Below are positions 9,554 to 19,578 of a stretch of 64,000 bases of DNA, piece by piece. The notes under the pieces are model-generated. The model was not told where the DNA came from. It saw only the letters and a list, made by a program, of their open reading frames with translations, and did not search any database. The DNA comes from Escherichia phage AnnaHegner_Bas87. The stretch lies in sequence record PQ850594.1. One strand, given 5' to 3'. Position numbers and translations under genes: made by a program. The stretch's first letter is position 1. The number at the start of each line of letters is the position of its first letter.

Positions 9554-11221
9554 ATGCAACAAACTTCTTATGCGTATCTTCGCAGTCAAGACCCAAGAAA
9601 TCAGATTTATGGTGTTAAACAAGGGGCCGCTTCGGCCTCTCCATACATGGCAAGACCTGCTTATCCAGCTGCTGATGTTTCTATGTATAACCGGAGACCT
9701 CCTGCCTCTCCTGTAGGTTTATCCTCTCTTGTTGCTACTACTCAAGAAGACCAAGAAGCTATGTTAAATCCGGGATTTAGGCAGCGCCTTATGGAAGCAG
9801 AGAATCAAGGGACTCCTACAAGCCTTCAGGGTATTGATATTGGCGAACCAGCTCCTGCTATGAATAACCCAGATCTATCCTCTGATGAGGGTCTACAAGC
9901 TGCTGGGTTGATGCCTAGTGACCCACTTCCTGTTACTCCTCCTCGTAAACCTCTGGAAGAAACAGATAAAGAGTTCTCTCCAGTTCAGGTGGAACAGGCT
10001 CAGAATGTTATTAACACTTTAGCTAATAGTAATCCAGCTCCTGAAGGTATGGCTGGTGCAACTCGTGCTAAAGACCAAGAACGTATTAATAATGATATTA
10101 TGGAAGTAGCTAAAGCTAAAGATCCAGCACAAGCTTGGAATGAGCTTCAGAAGCAACCGTTCTACCAGAAGTCTAGTTTCTATACTGGCTTAATGGGTGT
10201 TGGTCTTTCTATCATGTCAGGTAAATCCCCTATTGAAGCTTTCCAGATTGGTTCTGGCTTAGCTGCTCAGGATGAAACTAAACAACAACTAGAAGCCAAC
10301 CGTGATGCTCTGTTAGAACAAGGCTATTCTCAAGATTCAGTTGCTGCTGCAATTGCTTCGGGAGATCCCTCCCTTCTCAAAATGCGTCAGATTAGTCCTC
10401 AGGAGAAGATGGCTCTTGCTGCTCAGGATGAAGAACGTGCTAATCGTGAGTGGGATAGACGTCAACAGATTCAAGAGAATTCGATGCGGGAACGTGCTGC
10501 TGAAACTCGTCGTGCTGCTGAAGAACGTGCTAATGCTCAGTTCGAGAAACAGAAAGAACTTATTGGATATCGTGATCAAGTTAAAGCAGAGCGTGCAGAG
10601 AAGGCTGCTCAGAGCTTTACTTTCAACCCTAAAGAAGTTCGTCTGGCTCAGAACACAGCAGAAGGTACAGTTGCTAAGCAGTGGGCAGAGAAAGCAGGTC
10701 TGTTCAACCAGTCTCATAAGGACTTGGATTTAGCAGACAAAGCTGTTAAGGATAAGGATTACCAAACTGCTCGTTCTGCTTACATGCAGGCTATTATGAA
10801 CTCCGCAAGGGCAGAAATTGGTGCTAACCGTTCTCTCCAAGCTGATGACTTGGCTCACTTTGCAGAAGACCCGTCAATCTTCGTTAAGGTTGGTAATACT
10901 TGGTCCCTTAAAGCAGGCTATCGTCCTTCTGATGCTGCTCTGTCATATGCTCGTAAGCAGGCAACTGTTGGTGCTACTTCCGCTGAGAAAGGTGTGAAGG
11001 ATGCTAAGAAAGCAACAATTGAGGCATATATCGGTTCTGGTATGGATAAGAAAAGAGCTACAGCTCTTGTCAACCGTGCTATCCCATCTGCTGGTTTCTA
11101 TGACCCATTCGGTACGTTTGAGAGTGAAGCTGAAGCAGCTGTTGGTGGAGATACTACAAATCCTCGCTTAACAGGTGCTCTTTCTTCTTCAGCGGCAGAT
11201 ACGAGTTGGATGTTCCAGTAA
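9554..11221 (+). CDS. internal virion protein
   Basis: 555 aa, charged coiled-coil middle, structural-block position. Confidence 0.35.
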   Translation: MQQTSYAYLRSQDPRNQIYGVKQGAASASPYMARPAYPAADVSMYNRRPPASPVGLSSLVATTQEDQEAMLNPGFRQRLMEAENQGTPTSLQGIDIGEPAPAMNNPDLSSDEGLQAAGLMPSDPLPVTPPRKPLEETDKEFSPVQVEQAQNVINTLANSNPAPEGMAGATRAKDQERINNDIMEVAKAKDPAQAWNELQKQPFYQKSSFYTGLMGVGLSIMSGKSPIEAFQIGSGLAAQDETKQQLEANRDALLEQGYSQDSVAAAIASGDPSLLKMRQISPQEKMALAAQDEERANREWDRRQQIQENSMRERAAETRRAAEERANAQFEKQKELIGYRDQVKAERAEKAAQSFTFNPKEVRLAQNTAEGTVAKQWAEKAGLFNQSHKDLDLADKAVKDKDYQTARSAYMQAIMNSARAEIGANRSLQADDLAHFAEDPSIFVKVGNTWSLKAGYRPSDAALSYARKQATVGATSAEKGVKDAKKATIEAYIGSGMDKKRATALVNRAIPSAGFYDPFGTFESEAEAAVGGDTTNPRLTGALSSSAADTSWMFQ

Positions 11222-11246
11222 TCTAAGACCTAAGTCCTATCTCTTA

Positions 11247-11255
11247 TAATGTATA
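11247..11255 (+). promoter_or_regulatory. TAATGTATA phage-sigma promoter-like element
   Basis: exact TAATGTATA about 37 nt upstream of the 11292 start codon, followed by AAGGAGA RBS. Confidence 0.5.
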
Positions 11256-11291
11256 TAGGAGGTAGGACATTTTTATTTATAAGGAGACGTT

Positions 11292-14200
11292 ATGGCTAAT
11301 TTAAAATCGTGGGAAGAAGCTTCCAAAGCTCCTGCGTATCTGAATGCCTCTCCAGAGCAACAGGCTCAAATGAGAGAACAATACAAGGCAGCAGGGGGCA
11401 CTATTCCTGAGACTCAACCACAAGAGCAACCACAACAAGAAGAACGAGGTGTTATTGGGGAGTTTGCTCAAGGTGTGTCTAACGCTCTTCAATCAGGTGG
11501 TGCTAACATTGCAGCTAGTGCTGCTAAAGGTTTAGGTGGGCTGGTAGAGATTGGTGAAAACCTAACTGGTTCGGAAACAAGCTATGGTAAGCGCATTCAA
11601 GAGAACTCTAAGCAATTGCTGGAAGAACGCTTATCTAAGATAGAAGATGGTTTTGGTAAAACAGCTGGTCAGTATGCTGGTGTTGCTGCTGATATTGGTT
11701 TGACAGTTGCAAACCCTGCTGTTGCTGCTGCTGTTATCGCAGCTCGTGAAACAGGTCGTGCTTATGCTGATCAAACTCCTAAAGAAGATGAAGATAAGTC
11801 AATCTTAGATGCTGCTCTTGTTGGTGGTGCTAACTACGCTGCTCAGAAGATACTTCCGGGCATGACTGGTACAGCTTCTACTACTCTAGGTCGTGTAGGA
11901 CAAAGCGTAGCCTCTAACGCGGTTGCTGGTGCTAAGGGTGGTGCTATTGTTGGTGCTGCTGAAGCTCAGAACAAATATGGAGATGATACTACTCTAGCTA
12001 ATGTCTTAGAAGGGGCTATTGAAGAAGGTGCACTCGGTGCCGCTTATGGTGGGGCGATTGGTGGGGTTCATGGGTTAATAAGTCGTCCTAGTCCTCAAGT
12101 GTTTGATCGTACTCCTGAGCATGTTAAGACTGACATTGCTGCTGAAGATGAGGCTATTCGTAAAGCTGCTAACGCTGATGAACTTCGTGAAGCCTATGCT
12201 AAAGCTGAGAATGCTAATGCTGCCTCTGCTTTAAACCTTCTGGATGAAAATGGTTTCCGAATCACAGATGCAGTTGCTATGGACTCTCCTGCTGTTCAAC
12301 GTATATTAAATACAGATCAAAATCGTGCAGAGAAGGCTGCTACGGTTCAGAAAGATAGTTCTAACGTTCCCGGTCTTAATCCTTTAGCTTCTCCTAAGAA
12401 GACTCAAGGTAAAGCTTTTGCGGACAACGAGTACAACCAGAAACAAGCTGTGGCAATGAAAGATGCAATGGCTGACTACACTAAAGATAACACCAAAGCC
12501 CTTACTGATGTTCTAGACAACCTAGACCGAGAGTTAGTAGCTCTGAGAGCAAGTGGTGATTTTACTGGTAGTGCTATTGACATTAAAAACCGTACTCAAG
12601 CTGATCGTGATTTTATTGATGCTTATAAAACTTTTTACAGTGAAGCTAATCGTTTCAAAGCTCGTGATGGTGAAGACCTAAACAACTTCATTGATAAAGC
12701 TACTCAGTTGCAGAAGCTCTCTGAAAATGTTTCTCCAGAAATGAAGAAGGCCATTGGTGGATTAAAGAAACTAAAAGGTATGCCTGAAGGTTTTAACCCT
12801 ATCCAAGATGCTTTCACTCTGAATAATACAGCTAAGTTCATGAGTAACCAAGACCGTGGTTGGACCTCTCTGACTGATGACGGTTTTCGTGAAGCTCCGG
12901 CTCCTGTGTTAGTTAAGAATCCTCTCGGTGCAGCCAAGTATGTACTTAACCGCTTTACTTCCGATCGTGCTCGTGCTCAACGTGAGAAGCAACAGTCAGC
13001 TAATAGTGAAGCTATCCGCTCTTTGGCTAGGGCTGATTTAGAAGTACAACGAGCTAGAACTCAGGCTGAAGAAGCAAGAGCAAAAATGGAAGAAGAACCA
13101 ACTACAGAAGATATCAAATTCCGTACTCAAAATGATGCACCTTCCGAACCGGTTCGTGAGGAGCCTTCTGCTACTACTGTGACGGAAGAAATTCCTTCCT
13201 CTCCAGCTCCAGCTGAAACACCTCTTACTGCGAGGGATTTGGTTGCTCAAAGACGTGCTCTCCAACAAGCAGAGCTTAGACGTCAAGAAGCTGAAGCTGC
13301 TCAGGCTCAAGAAAGTGCTACATCAGAACCTGAACCACAGCAAGAAGCTCTTACAGCTAGAGAATTAGTAGCTCAGCGTAGGGCTGTAGCAGAGGCTAAG
13401 AAACGTCAAGAGGCAGAGGAAGCAGAACGTGCTAAAGAAGCTCCTGAGGAGGCCGTAGAAGAGCCTAAAGAGAAACCTGAGCCATTACCTGCTCGTGCTC
13501 CTAAAGCTCCTGAGAAGGCTCCTGAGCCTGTTAAACCATCACTCGGTGTAGAGCGTCTGGCTTCTATGTCAACTGCTGCCCGTCAGGCAACAAAAGATCG
13601 TGCTGACCGATTTGCTCGTTCTTTGTATTCGGCTGCTGCTAAAGCTAAAGCTACTGCGGAAAACTTCCTTTCTTATAAAGGAGACCCTAAAGAGCTTATG
13701 CGTCGTATCCGTCAGGAAGACCAAGCAAACAACACACAGCGTCATGAAGAGATGGCTAGAAACCAACTAGCTTCACAGCAAGGCATTGCTTCTGCTAAAT
13801 CTCAACATGTTCGTGCTTCTTTTGCTGATTGGGTGAAAGAACGTGGGTTGCCTTCTGATATTGCTACTAAGGCTTTACGGGCTGAAGAGAAAGGTTTAGG
13901 TGGGAACGTCACAAGTCTAGATTCACTGAAGCGAAGAGCTGAGCGTTTATATCAGAAACAAAGAGATGATGAGTTTGACCGTCTCTATAGAGAGGCTCTG
14001 GAAGAGAATAAAGCTTTTGATAAGAGAGATGCTCCTAAACTGGTAGACCAGAAGAAAGAGCTTCAGGATGAAATTGGTGCGTTGCTTGATGCTGAACCGT
14101 TACGTCCTGCTCAGAAAGATGCTATGCGTAGGATTATGGAAGACTTCGTGGAGAGCAAGTTTAAATCTTCAGAGAAAGCTGGAAGGGTTGAGGCTTTGGA

Positions 14201-15737
14201 AGTTGGTCAGATGAAGGATGTGTGGGATGGGTTTATTAATACCTATAACCGAGAAGTTAACATGTTCAACAAGGCTAACAAGAATTCTCAATACGAAGCA
14301 GCAGCTAAACACTTGCAAGCACGTCAAGAACGTCTTGAGACGCTCCGTAACAGAGCTAAGGCTCGCAGTGATGCTAAGGCAGCCATGGAGGCTGAGAAGC
14401 AGTCCTTGGAGGCTATAGCGGCTCAGAAATCAGAGATAGAGAAGATGTTCAAAGAATTGCCTGAAAGTGTCAGAGAGGCTCAGGAAGGGCGTACTTTGAA
14501 ACAGCTTGCTGCTCACCATGATAAGAACTCTCCAGTACCACCGGAGCGTTTCCGTAGTATTATTGAACGTATCCACAACGCTGAGAGTGATTACCTCGAT
14601 CGCAAACGTCGTTTGACCGAAGCAGAGGAAGATGCTCGTGAAGCTAAGTGGAACAGGATGTATGAACAGGCTGAGGAAATGAACCGTAGGTTTGATATCG
14701 ATGCTAGAGTGAAGAGAGATAAAGCTCTAAAGGAAGCTCAAGAACGAGAGAATGACTTAATGGCAGTTCAACGTCAGCGTGATGACATTCATAAGCGTTT
14801 AGTCAATACTCTGGAAGAGAAGGGAGTTTCTAGGGAAGATGCTGAAGCGTATGCTGGGTCTTACATGGATAATCGGTATGCTTTGTTAGAGAAACCAATG
14901 ACTCCAGTGGAACACCAGAATGCTCGTGCTCGTATTGAATCTGACGTAGAGAAGTTTGTTAAGAAATACGAAACAGCTACTCCAATCGAAAGAGAGATCG
15001 CTAAAGCAACTGGTGATGTAGATGGGAAACCTTCTGACTTAGATGCAGAAACATTAAAAGCTATCGAAGATGCTCGTAAAGTTGATTCCGATTTTAAGAA
15101 ACTCTTAGATGAAGAGAAGGAAATGGAGAAGATTCGTTCAGCTCTACCTGAAGATGAAAGATCTCAGGCGAACTCTGATATTCTGGAAAGTATCAAGAAA
15201 CAGGAAGATGATTTTGCTAGCAAAGCAGAGAAAGCTTTTATTGAAGGGAAGGATTTGCAGGAGTTAGCGAGTGTTGCAGAAGTTCTAGATAGGGTTCATG
15301 GTGCAGACAAGGCTGGTAACAACCGTCGATTTGTACGTGCTCTACAGACTGCTGCCGAGAACAAGAAACGTTATGGGGATAATCCAGTGGCTTGGTTTAG
15401 TGCTGATGATTACTCTGCTATTGCGAAACTTGGTGCTGCTTCGGCAGGTGGTAACAAATCTCGAGCACTTGAGAAAATCTTTGGTTCTACAGCAGAACAA
15501 GCTAAAGGGAAACTTTTAGGGCGGGATGATGTAGCTAAGATTAGGCGTGTGATTGAAGCGAATCCTAATGTTAAGATTCCTTCTTACAAGACAACTACTC
15601 GACAAGAGTACATGCAGTTCTTGGAGAAGTATAATGACGAGGGAGAGTTGAAAGTCAAACGTGGTTCTCTGTCTGACAAGTTGGAGAGAGGTAAGCGTCA
15701 AGCCAAACTCCGTGTTAGAGTTCGAGCTAAAGAGTAA
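11292..15737 (+). CDS. giant internal virion / ejection protein
   Basis: 1481 aa; Ala/Gly-rich N-terminus, long Glu/Lys/Arg coiled coil, internal ~30 aa direct repeat (LTAR-D/E-LVAQRRA). Confidence 0.45.
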   Translation: MANLKSWEEASKAPAYLNASPEQQAQMREQYKAAGGTIPETQPQEQPQQEERGVIGEFAQGVSNALQSGGANIAASAAKGLGGLVEIGENLTGSETSYGKRIQENSKQLLEERLSKIEDGFGKTAGQYAGVAADIGLTVANPAVAAAVIAARETGRAYADQTPKEDEDKSILDAALVGGANYAAQKILPGMTGTASTTLGRVGQSVASNAVAGAKGGAIVGAAEAQNKYGDDTTLANVLEGAIEEGALGAAYGGAIGGVHGLISRPSPQVFDRTPEHVKTDIAAEDEAIRKAANADELREAYAKAENANAASALNLLDENGFRITDAVAMDSPAVQRILNTDQNRAEKAATVQKDSSNVPGLNPLASPKKTQGKAFADNEYNQKQAVAMKDAMADYTKDNTKALTDVLDNLDRELVALRASGDFTGSAIDIKNRTQADRDFIDAYKTFYSEANRFKARDGEDLNNFIDKATQLQKLSENVSPEMKKAIGGLKKLKGMPEGFNPIQDAFTLNNTAKFMSNQDRGWTSLTDDGFREAPAPVLVKNPLGAAKYVLNRFTSDRARAQREKQQSANSEAIRSLARADLEVQRARTQAEEARAKMEEEPTTEDIKFRTQNDAPSEPVREEPSATTVTEEIPSSPAPAETPLTARDLVAQRRALQQAELRRQEAEAAQAQESATSEPEPQQEALTARELVAQRRAVAEAKKRQEAEEAERAKEAPEEAVEEPKEKPEPLPARAPKAPEKAPEPVKPSLGVERLASMSTAARQATKDRADRFARSLYSAAAKAKATAENFLSYKGDPKELMRRIRQEDQANNTQRHEEMARNQLASQQGIASAKSQHVRASFADWVKERGLPSDIATKALRAEEKGLGGNVTSLDSLKRRAERLYQKQRDDEFDRLYREALEENKAFDKRDAPKLVDQKKELQDEIGALLDAEPLRPAQKDAMRRIMEDFVESKFKSSEKAGRVEALEVGQMKDVWDGFINTYNREVNMFNKANKNSQYEAAAKHLQARQERLETLRNRAKARSDAKAAMEAEKQSLEAIAAQKSEIEKMFKELPESVREAQEGRTLKQLAAHHDKNSPVPPERFRSIIERIHNAESDYLDRKRRLTEAEEDAREAKWNRMYEQAEEMNRRFDIDARVKRDKALKEAQERENDLMAVQRQRDDIHKRLVNTLEEKGVSREDAEAYAGSYMDNRYALLEKPMTPVEHQNARARIESDVEKFVKKYETATPIEREIAKATGDVDGKPSDLDAETLKAIEDARKVDSDFKKLLDEEKEMEKIRSALPEDERSQANSDILESIKKQEDDFASKAEKAFIEGKDLQELASVAEVLDRVHGADKAGNNRRFVRALQTAAENKKRYGDNPVAWFSADDYSAIAKLGAASAGGNKSRALEKIFGSTAEQAKGKLLGRDDVAKIRRVIEANPNVKIPSYKTTTRQEYMQFLEKYNDEGELKVKRGSLSDKLERGKRQAKLRVRVRAKE

Positions 15738-15790
15738 ACAAAAAAAGCCCCCAACCTGTAAAAAGGAAGGGGGCTTCTTTATTTCTAGAT
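15738..15790. terminator. bidirectional terminator between convergent blocks
   Basis: AGCCCCC...GGGGGCT hairpin with A-run on the left and T-rich on the right. Confidence 0.6.
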
Positions 15791-15842
15791 GTTAGAATCC
15801 ATCGAATTCATCACACATCCCAATTTTCTTCTTCGAAGTCAA

Positions 15843-16109
15843 TCATAAGACCTCCCAATCATCTGCAAATAAATCACCCTGAGATGGAACCCATCCGGGT
15901 TGCATAATACCCTGAGCATTCTTTAAGTCTAAATGAGGGGCGATAGTGAATCGACCTGTGATGCCAGCTTTTTCATAATCAGAACCCGGTCGAGCTTCTT
16001 CTACTTCATATCCACCTGCTTTGATGACGAACTGATTTGCACCATTCCAACCAGAACGAGCAATCTTCTTACCTTCTTTTACTTTAATAAGTGCTGAACT
16101 AAAATCCAT
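15843..16109 (-). CDS. DUF2829-family protein, Tad2-like anti-defence candidate
   Basis: MDFSSALIKVKEGKKIARSGWNG ... PGWVPSQGDLFADDWEVL matches my recollection of the DUF2829 signature. Confidence 0.55.
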   Translation of the reverse strand: MDFSSALIKVKEGKKIARSGWNGANQFVIKAGGYEVEEARPGSDYEKAGITGRFTIAPHLDLKNAQGIMQPGWVPSQGDLFADDWEVL

Positions 16110-16117
16110 TTGTTCTC

Positions 16118-16420
16118 CTAGATTAAATCATAATACTTAATAATATCGGAGAGCTTAAACTCTCGAATGTCATTCTTGTCGTTGTCCCAAGCGGTCATTA
16201 TCCAACAAGGTTTGCCCCCATTATGATAGCGGGAAGAAGCAACTGAGGTTCGTAAAGGAATAACGGAGCGGTCTGCAACTTCACCTCTCCAATTACGATA
16301 GCTAAAGCGAAGAACTTGTTTCGTAGATACTTGATCATGTGTGTTTTCCTTGTTCATAGATTCAAAGACTTCTCTTTCTTCAGGAGTCTCTAGATTTTTT
16401 AAATTCACGTCTTGCATCAT
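16118..16420 (-). CDS. hypothetical protein
   Basis: AAGGAAG RBS before ATGATG start; no recognisable motif. Confidence 0.4.
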   Translation of the reverse strand: MMQDVNLKNLETPEEREVFESMNKENTHDQVSTKQVLRFSYRNWRGEVADRSVIPLRTSVASSRYHNGGKPCWIMTAWDNDKNDIREFKLSDIIKYYDLI

Positions 16421-16784
16421 TCTCTTCCTTAGTTTTTATCTTATGGCAAGGCTCTTTGCATAAGACTTGAAAACCATCTTTCTCAACTAAAGCCCTCTCG
16501 ATGATTTCATCCCAAGTAGCTTCATGGTCCACTGGAACAATAGGCTCTACATGGTCTACTGCTACGTCTTTAAGAGGAGAATCATTACCACACATGGCGC
16601 ATTTGTAATGCATTGCCAGTTTGCCAGTTTTAGGGTTGATTTTACGTTCTGTCTGAGCCTCTTTGAGAGAATCAAACATAGGTTTCCATTTCCTAGTCAG
16701 AGAACGAATCCCTGACTTAATGAAGGAGTTATAACGTGCTTCAGTCCACTGACCAGAGCATCTTGTCTTCTCAGCTTTCGCCAT
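16380..16784 (-). CDS. HNH endonuclease
   Basis: CAMCG...VAVDHVEPIVPVDHE...LCKEPCHKIK, HNH with Cys pairs. Confidence 0.6.
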   Translation of the reverse strand: MAKAEKTRCSGQWTEARYNSFIKSGIRSLTRKWKPMFDSLKEAQTERKINPKTGKLAMHYKCAMCGNDSPLKDVAVDHVEPIVPVDHEATWDEIIERALVEKDGFQVLCKEPCHKIKTKEENDARREFKKSRDS

Positions 16785-16962
16785 AACCTACATCCATATC
16801 AGCGTCTTCCCAAATGCGTTTATTGACTCGGTGTGATTCTTTATCAGCACGAGGGATACGACCTGTGCGACGATCAAATGCTTGGTGCTTAATCTTTTGA
16901 TCTTTACGAGATTCACGAGTAGAGAAGTTTTCATCATACGAACGATAGTCAAATTTACCCAT
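16771..16962 (-). CDS. hypothetical small basic protein
   Basis: ORF only. Confidence 0.3.
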   Translation of the reverse strand: MGKFDYRSYDENFSTRESRKDQKIKHQAFDRRTGRIPRADKESHRVNKRIWEDADMDVGYGES

Positions 16963-16972
16963 TATAATATCC

Positions 16973-17818
16973 TTATTCCCAAGTTTTATCTAACCATGAC
17001 CAATCAAAGAGGTCACCTTCAGCTTGTCCAACGAAGAGCAATCGAGCGTTTTCTAACATCTTATCTTCTGCTTCTTCCTCGAACCTCTTATAGTATTCCA
17101 TTCGTATAATATGATAAAGAGTCCACTTATCGAATACCTTCTCAATAAGTTTGATTGCAGCCTTGCTACCAATGCCTTTACGACGCATTACTAGATTGCC
17201 ACCCCACATCATTTCAACCTTCTCACCACATCCGGGAATGTTATCTGTGCTATCCCCGATCAGCATCTGGTAGAAGAAGTTCTGCCATGCTACTTCCTCT
17301 GGTACATAGTGGGGAGGTACTTCTTTCTGTCTCTCCCCGCAAGCCCAACGGTAATGCCATCCGGGGGTGATTAACAAATCTTTATCACGGGTGCAAATGA
17401 TAGTGTTCTTATCACGTCTCTGTCTTTCAGCTAAGGCATCATCTGCCTCTCTCCCAAAAACTTCAACGAATTCATAATTCTCTTTAATGTAATCACTGAC
17501 ATTTTGCCAGTGGTGAGGTCTTTCTCCCGGTGGTCGATTAGCTTTATAACCTTGCTGCTTAGCAATATCAAACCGAAAATTACCACCTTCGCTGAAGTAA
17601 AAGATTGTTTTCTCGCAACCAGACCTTGCAATGATTACATCTATTTTATGTTGAAGTCGTTCAATCAAGAATCCATAATCAACTGGAACACGACCTGTGT
17701 CTAGAAAAGGATGCTCTTGTGTAAGAGCACCGACTTCATATCGCAGAACATCTGCATCCACAATTGCTACTTCAGGATAGATTACATCAGACATAGAGAC
17801 CTCTCCGTGTCCCTTCAA
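16973..17818 (-). CDS. 5'-3' exonuclease / flap endonuclease (T7 gp6-like)
   Basis: IVDADVL, READDALA, GDSTDNIPG and GIGSKAA motifs of the FEN/5'-nuclease family. Confidence 0.8.
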   Translation of the reverse strand: MKGHGEVSMSDVIYPEVAIVDADVLRYEVGALTQEHPFLDTGRVPVDYGFLIERLQHKIDVIIARSGCEKTIFYFSEGGNFRFDIAKQQGYKANRPPGERPHHWQNVSDYIKENYEFVEVFGREADDALAERQRRDKNTIICTRDKDLLITPGWHYRWACGERQKEVPPHYVPEEVAWQNFFYQMLIGDSTDNIPGCGEKVEMMWGGNLVMRRKGIGSKAAIKLIEKVFDKWTLYHIIRMEYYKRFEEEAEDKMLENARLLFVGQAEGDLFDWSWLDKTWE

Positions 17819-18383
17819 TAATCCACTCTAAATCCTCAACTGCCTCTTCTACAGAACGGTCATTAAAGAGGAGGTAGGTTGGTAGGTTTGTTCCTTCAAT
17901 ATAAGAACGGGAGTCTCCTTCAAAGGAGCAGCCATCGCGGAGAATCTGAACTACTCGAACATGGAAGTGTTTCTCTAGTTCTTCAACTTCTGCTTTAAAT
18001 CCACCATCAGAGAAGACGATAACATCATTCTGTGATGGGATACGTTGTTGAATACTGCTAACAGCAAGTTTACCCATGCAGGTCTCACCAAACATAGGCT
18101 TCAGGTAATTCTCGCTAGTTGCAATCATCAAGTCTCGAACTGACTTACCGTCCCATTCAGGACGGCTATGTTCTTTCCACTCACGGTCGTTGTACAGCTC
18201 CATGAACTCGTAAAGAGGTAGACCTAATGCAGCAGCAGCCACTCGATACATAGGCTCCTTAAAAGCCTTTACATGCGGCCTAAACTCGGTGTTACCAAGT
18301 GTTTTCTCTAACCAAGAATTAGCGATTGTATCTTTACCACAACCCGGTGGTCCATTCAGAATTACTACTAATGGTTTACTCAT
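17787..18383 (-). CDS. P-loop kinase, putative dNMP kinase
   Basis: Walker A GPPGCGKDT at N-terminus; size consistent with phage dNMP kinases. Confidence 0.5.
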   Translation of the reverse strand: MSKPLVVILNGPPGCGKDTIANSWLEKTLGNTEFRPHVKAFKEPMYRVAAAALGLPLYEFMELYNDREWKEHSRPEWDGKSVRDLMIATSENYLKPMFGETCMGKLAVSSIQQRIPSQNDVIVFSDGGFKAEVEELEKHFHVRVVQILRDGCSFEGDSRSYIEGTNLPTYLLFNDRSVEEAVEDLEWIIEGTRRGLYV

Positions 18384-19033
18384 TATTGAATCATCCCTTG
18401 AAGATCTTCTTTATCAAAGTGCTTCTCTACTACCGCTTCATACAGATCACGATTCTCTGAATAACGACGATAGAAGGTTCCGTGTGAAATTCCCAACTCT
18501 TGCTGGATGTGATCATGTGGGATGCCGAGAAAGAGCATTGAGAACATGCTTGCCATCTTACGGTTTTCCATAATGTCACTCAGGTCTTGGAAGAAGAAAA
18601 AGATTCTAGATTCCAAGAACGGGTCTCCAGTAGAATCATGCTTATCCATCGCAATCTCTAAAGGACTTTCCCATGAATTCATCTCAGGAGGTCTAAACAT
18701 ATCAGCCTCTGGAATAGAGTAGATACGTCGGTCTCCAACTGTCTGACGATTAGAACGAATCGACCAGATGATATTCTTGACACGATAAGTCATGTGCTCA
18801 ATATCTTTTTCATCAGTGAGCAGAAGTTCTTCTTGCTTTGCAAATACAAAACGCCAAGCGTTCAGTAACACTTCCTGAGCAACATCCTCTGCCTCGTGAT
18901 AATCTTTAATGTCATACATAAAATACTTATGCACAACTTTCCAGTTCTCTCGATAAAATTCATCGAAGGTTGGATAATATTTAATAGGAATGCCATGAAT
19001 ACGATAGCGTGTGGGTGTTGTCTTCTTCTTCAT
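18383..19033 (-). CDS. phage-encoded sigma-70-family sigma factor
   Basis: region 2-like [15 protein letters not shown] and C-terminal region 4-like HTH; ATGA overlap with downstream gene. Confidence 0.7.
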   Translation of the reverse strand: MKKKTTPTRYRIHGIPIKYYPTFDEFYRENWKVVHKYFMYDIKDYHEAEDVAQEVLLNAWRFVFAKQEELLLTDEKDIEHMTYRVKNIIWSIRSNRQTVGDRRIYSIPEADMFRPPEMNSWESPLEIAMDKHDSTGDPFLESRIFFFFQDLSDIMENRKMASMFSMLFLGIPHDHIQQELGISHGTFYRRYSENRDLYEAVVEKHFDKEDLQGMIQ

Positions 19034-19057
19034 AAGTCGTCCTTAACTTACTTTATA

Positions 19058-19282
19058 TTAAACTACACAGAACAAATATATTGCTGTGTCAGGACAAGGG
19101 ATGTGATCACTAGGTTGCCTAATTCTATCCCATTCATCATCTTCTGCTATATAATAAGCCCAATAAGACTCACCATCGTTGATGAAGAATTTGAATGTTC
19201 GTCCCCAAATCTGATTATTATGTTCCCATACTGCATGAAATTGAGTAACACCTTCTGGTATTGTAAGTTCCGCTCTGATCAT
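19058..19282 (-). CDS. hypothetical protein
   Basis: ORF only. Confidence 0.35.
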   Translation of the reverse strand: MIRAELTIPEGVTQFHAVWEHNNQIWGRTFKFFINDGESYWAYYIAEDDEWDRIRQPSDHIPCPDTAIYLFCVV

Positions 19283-19578
19283 TGTATTCCTCTCTCCTTG
19301 AGAGCTTTAAGTAAACCATTATGGTTAGCAGCACAGGTTGTATAATTATCCTGATACCACTCAAGTGTTGTTGCAAATGCCACTCCCTGTGCACTCTGAA
19401 GTAAAGGGAGGTCTACATCACATTCAGCTTTTAGGTTTGTTGGTAAGGGCATTAGCTGCCTGCTGTTGTCGCTCATTGAACAAGCCATCAAACTAGAAGC
19501 GAGCAAAATCACCAAACAACTCTTTTGCTTTTTCTTTGTAAGCATTTTCTGCACCTTCTTGAGTGCTATGATAACCAA
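19279..19578 (-). CDS. o-spanin (outer-membrane lipoprotein, Rz1-like)
   Basis: signal peptide KKKQKSCLVILLASSLMAC with lipobox Cys, Pro-rich periplasmic part; true start probably internal Met. Confidence 0.5.
   Translation of the reverse strand: MVIIALKKVQKMLTKKKQKSCLVILLASSLMACSMSDNSRQLMPLPTNLKAECDVDLPLLQSAQGVAFATTLEWYQDNYTTCAANHNGLLKALKERGIQ
19448..19486 (-). repeat. duplicated spanin-junction segment, copy 2
   Basis: encodes GLFNERQQQAANAL in the HNH frame after its stop; near-synonymous copy of the i-spanin 3' end. Confidence 0.7.

Noticed and set aside
9610-9650. GC-rich hairpin (GGGGCCGCTTCGGCC) as a terminator
   Set aside because: Lies inside the coding region of 9554-11221 and is not followed by a T-run.
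17155-19345. Plus-strand ORFs within the minus-strand replication block (e.g. 17155-17370, 18289-18573, 18896-19345)
   Set aside because: Antisense to genes with clear motifs (exonuclease, kinase, sigma factor); no RBS.
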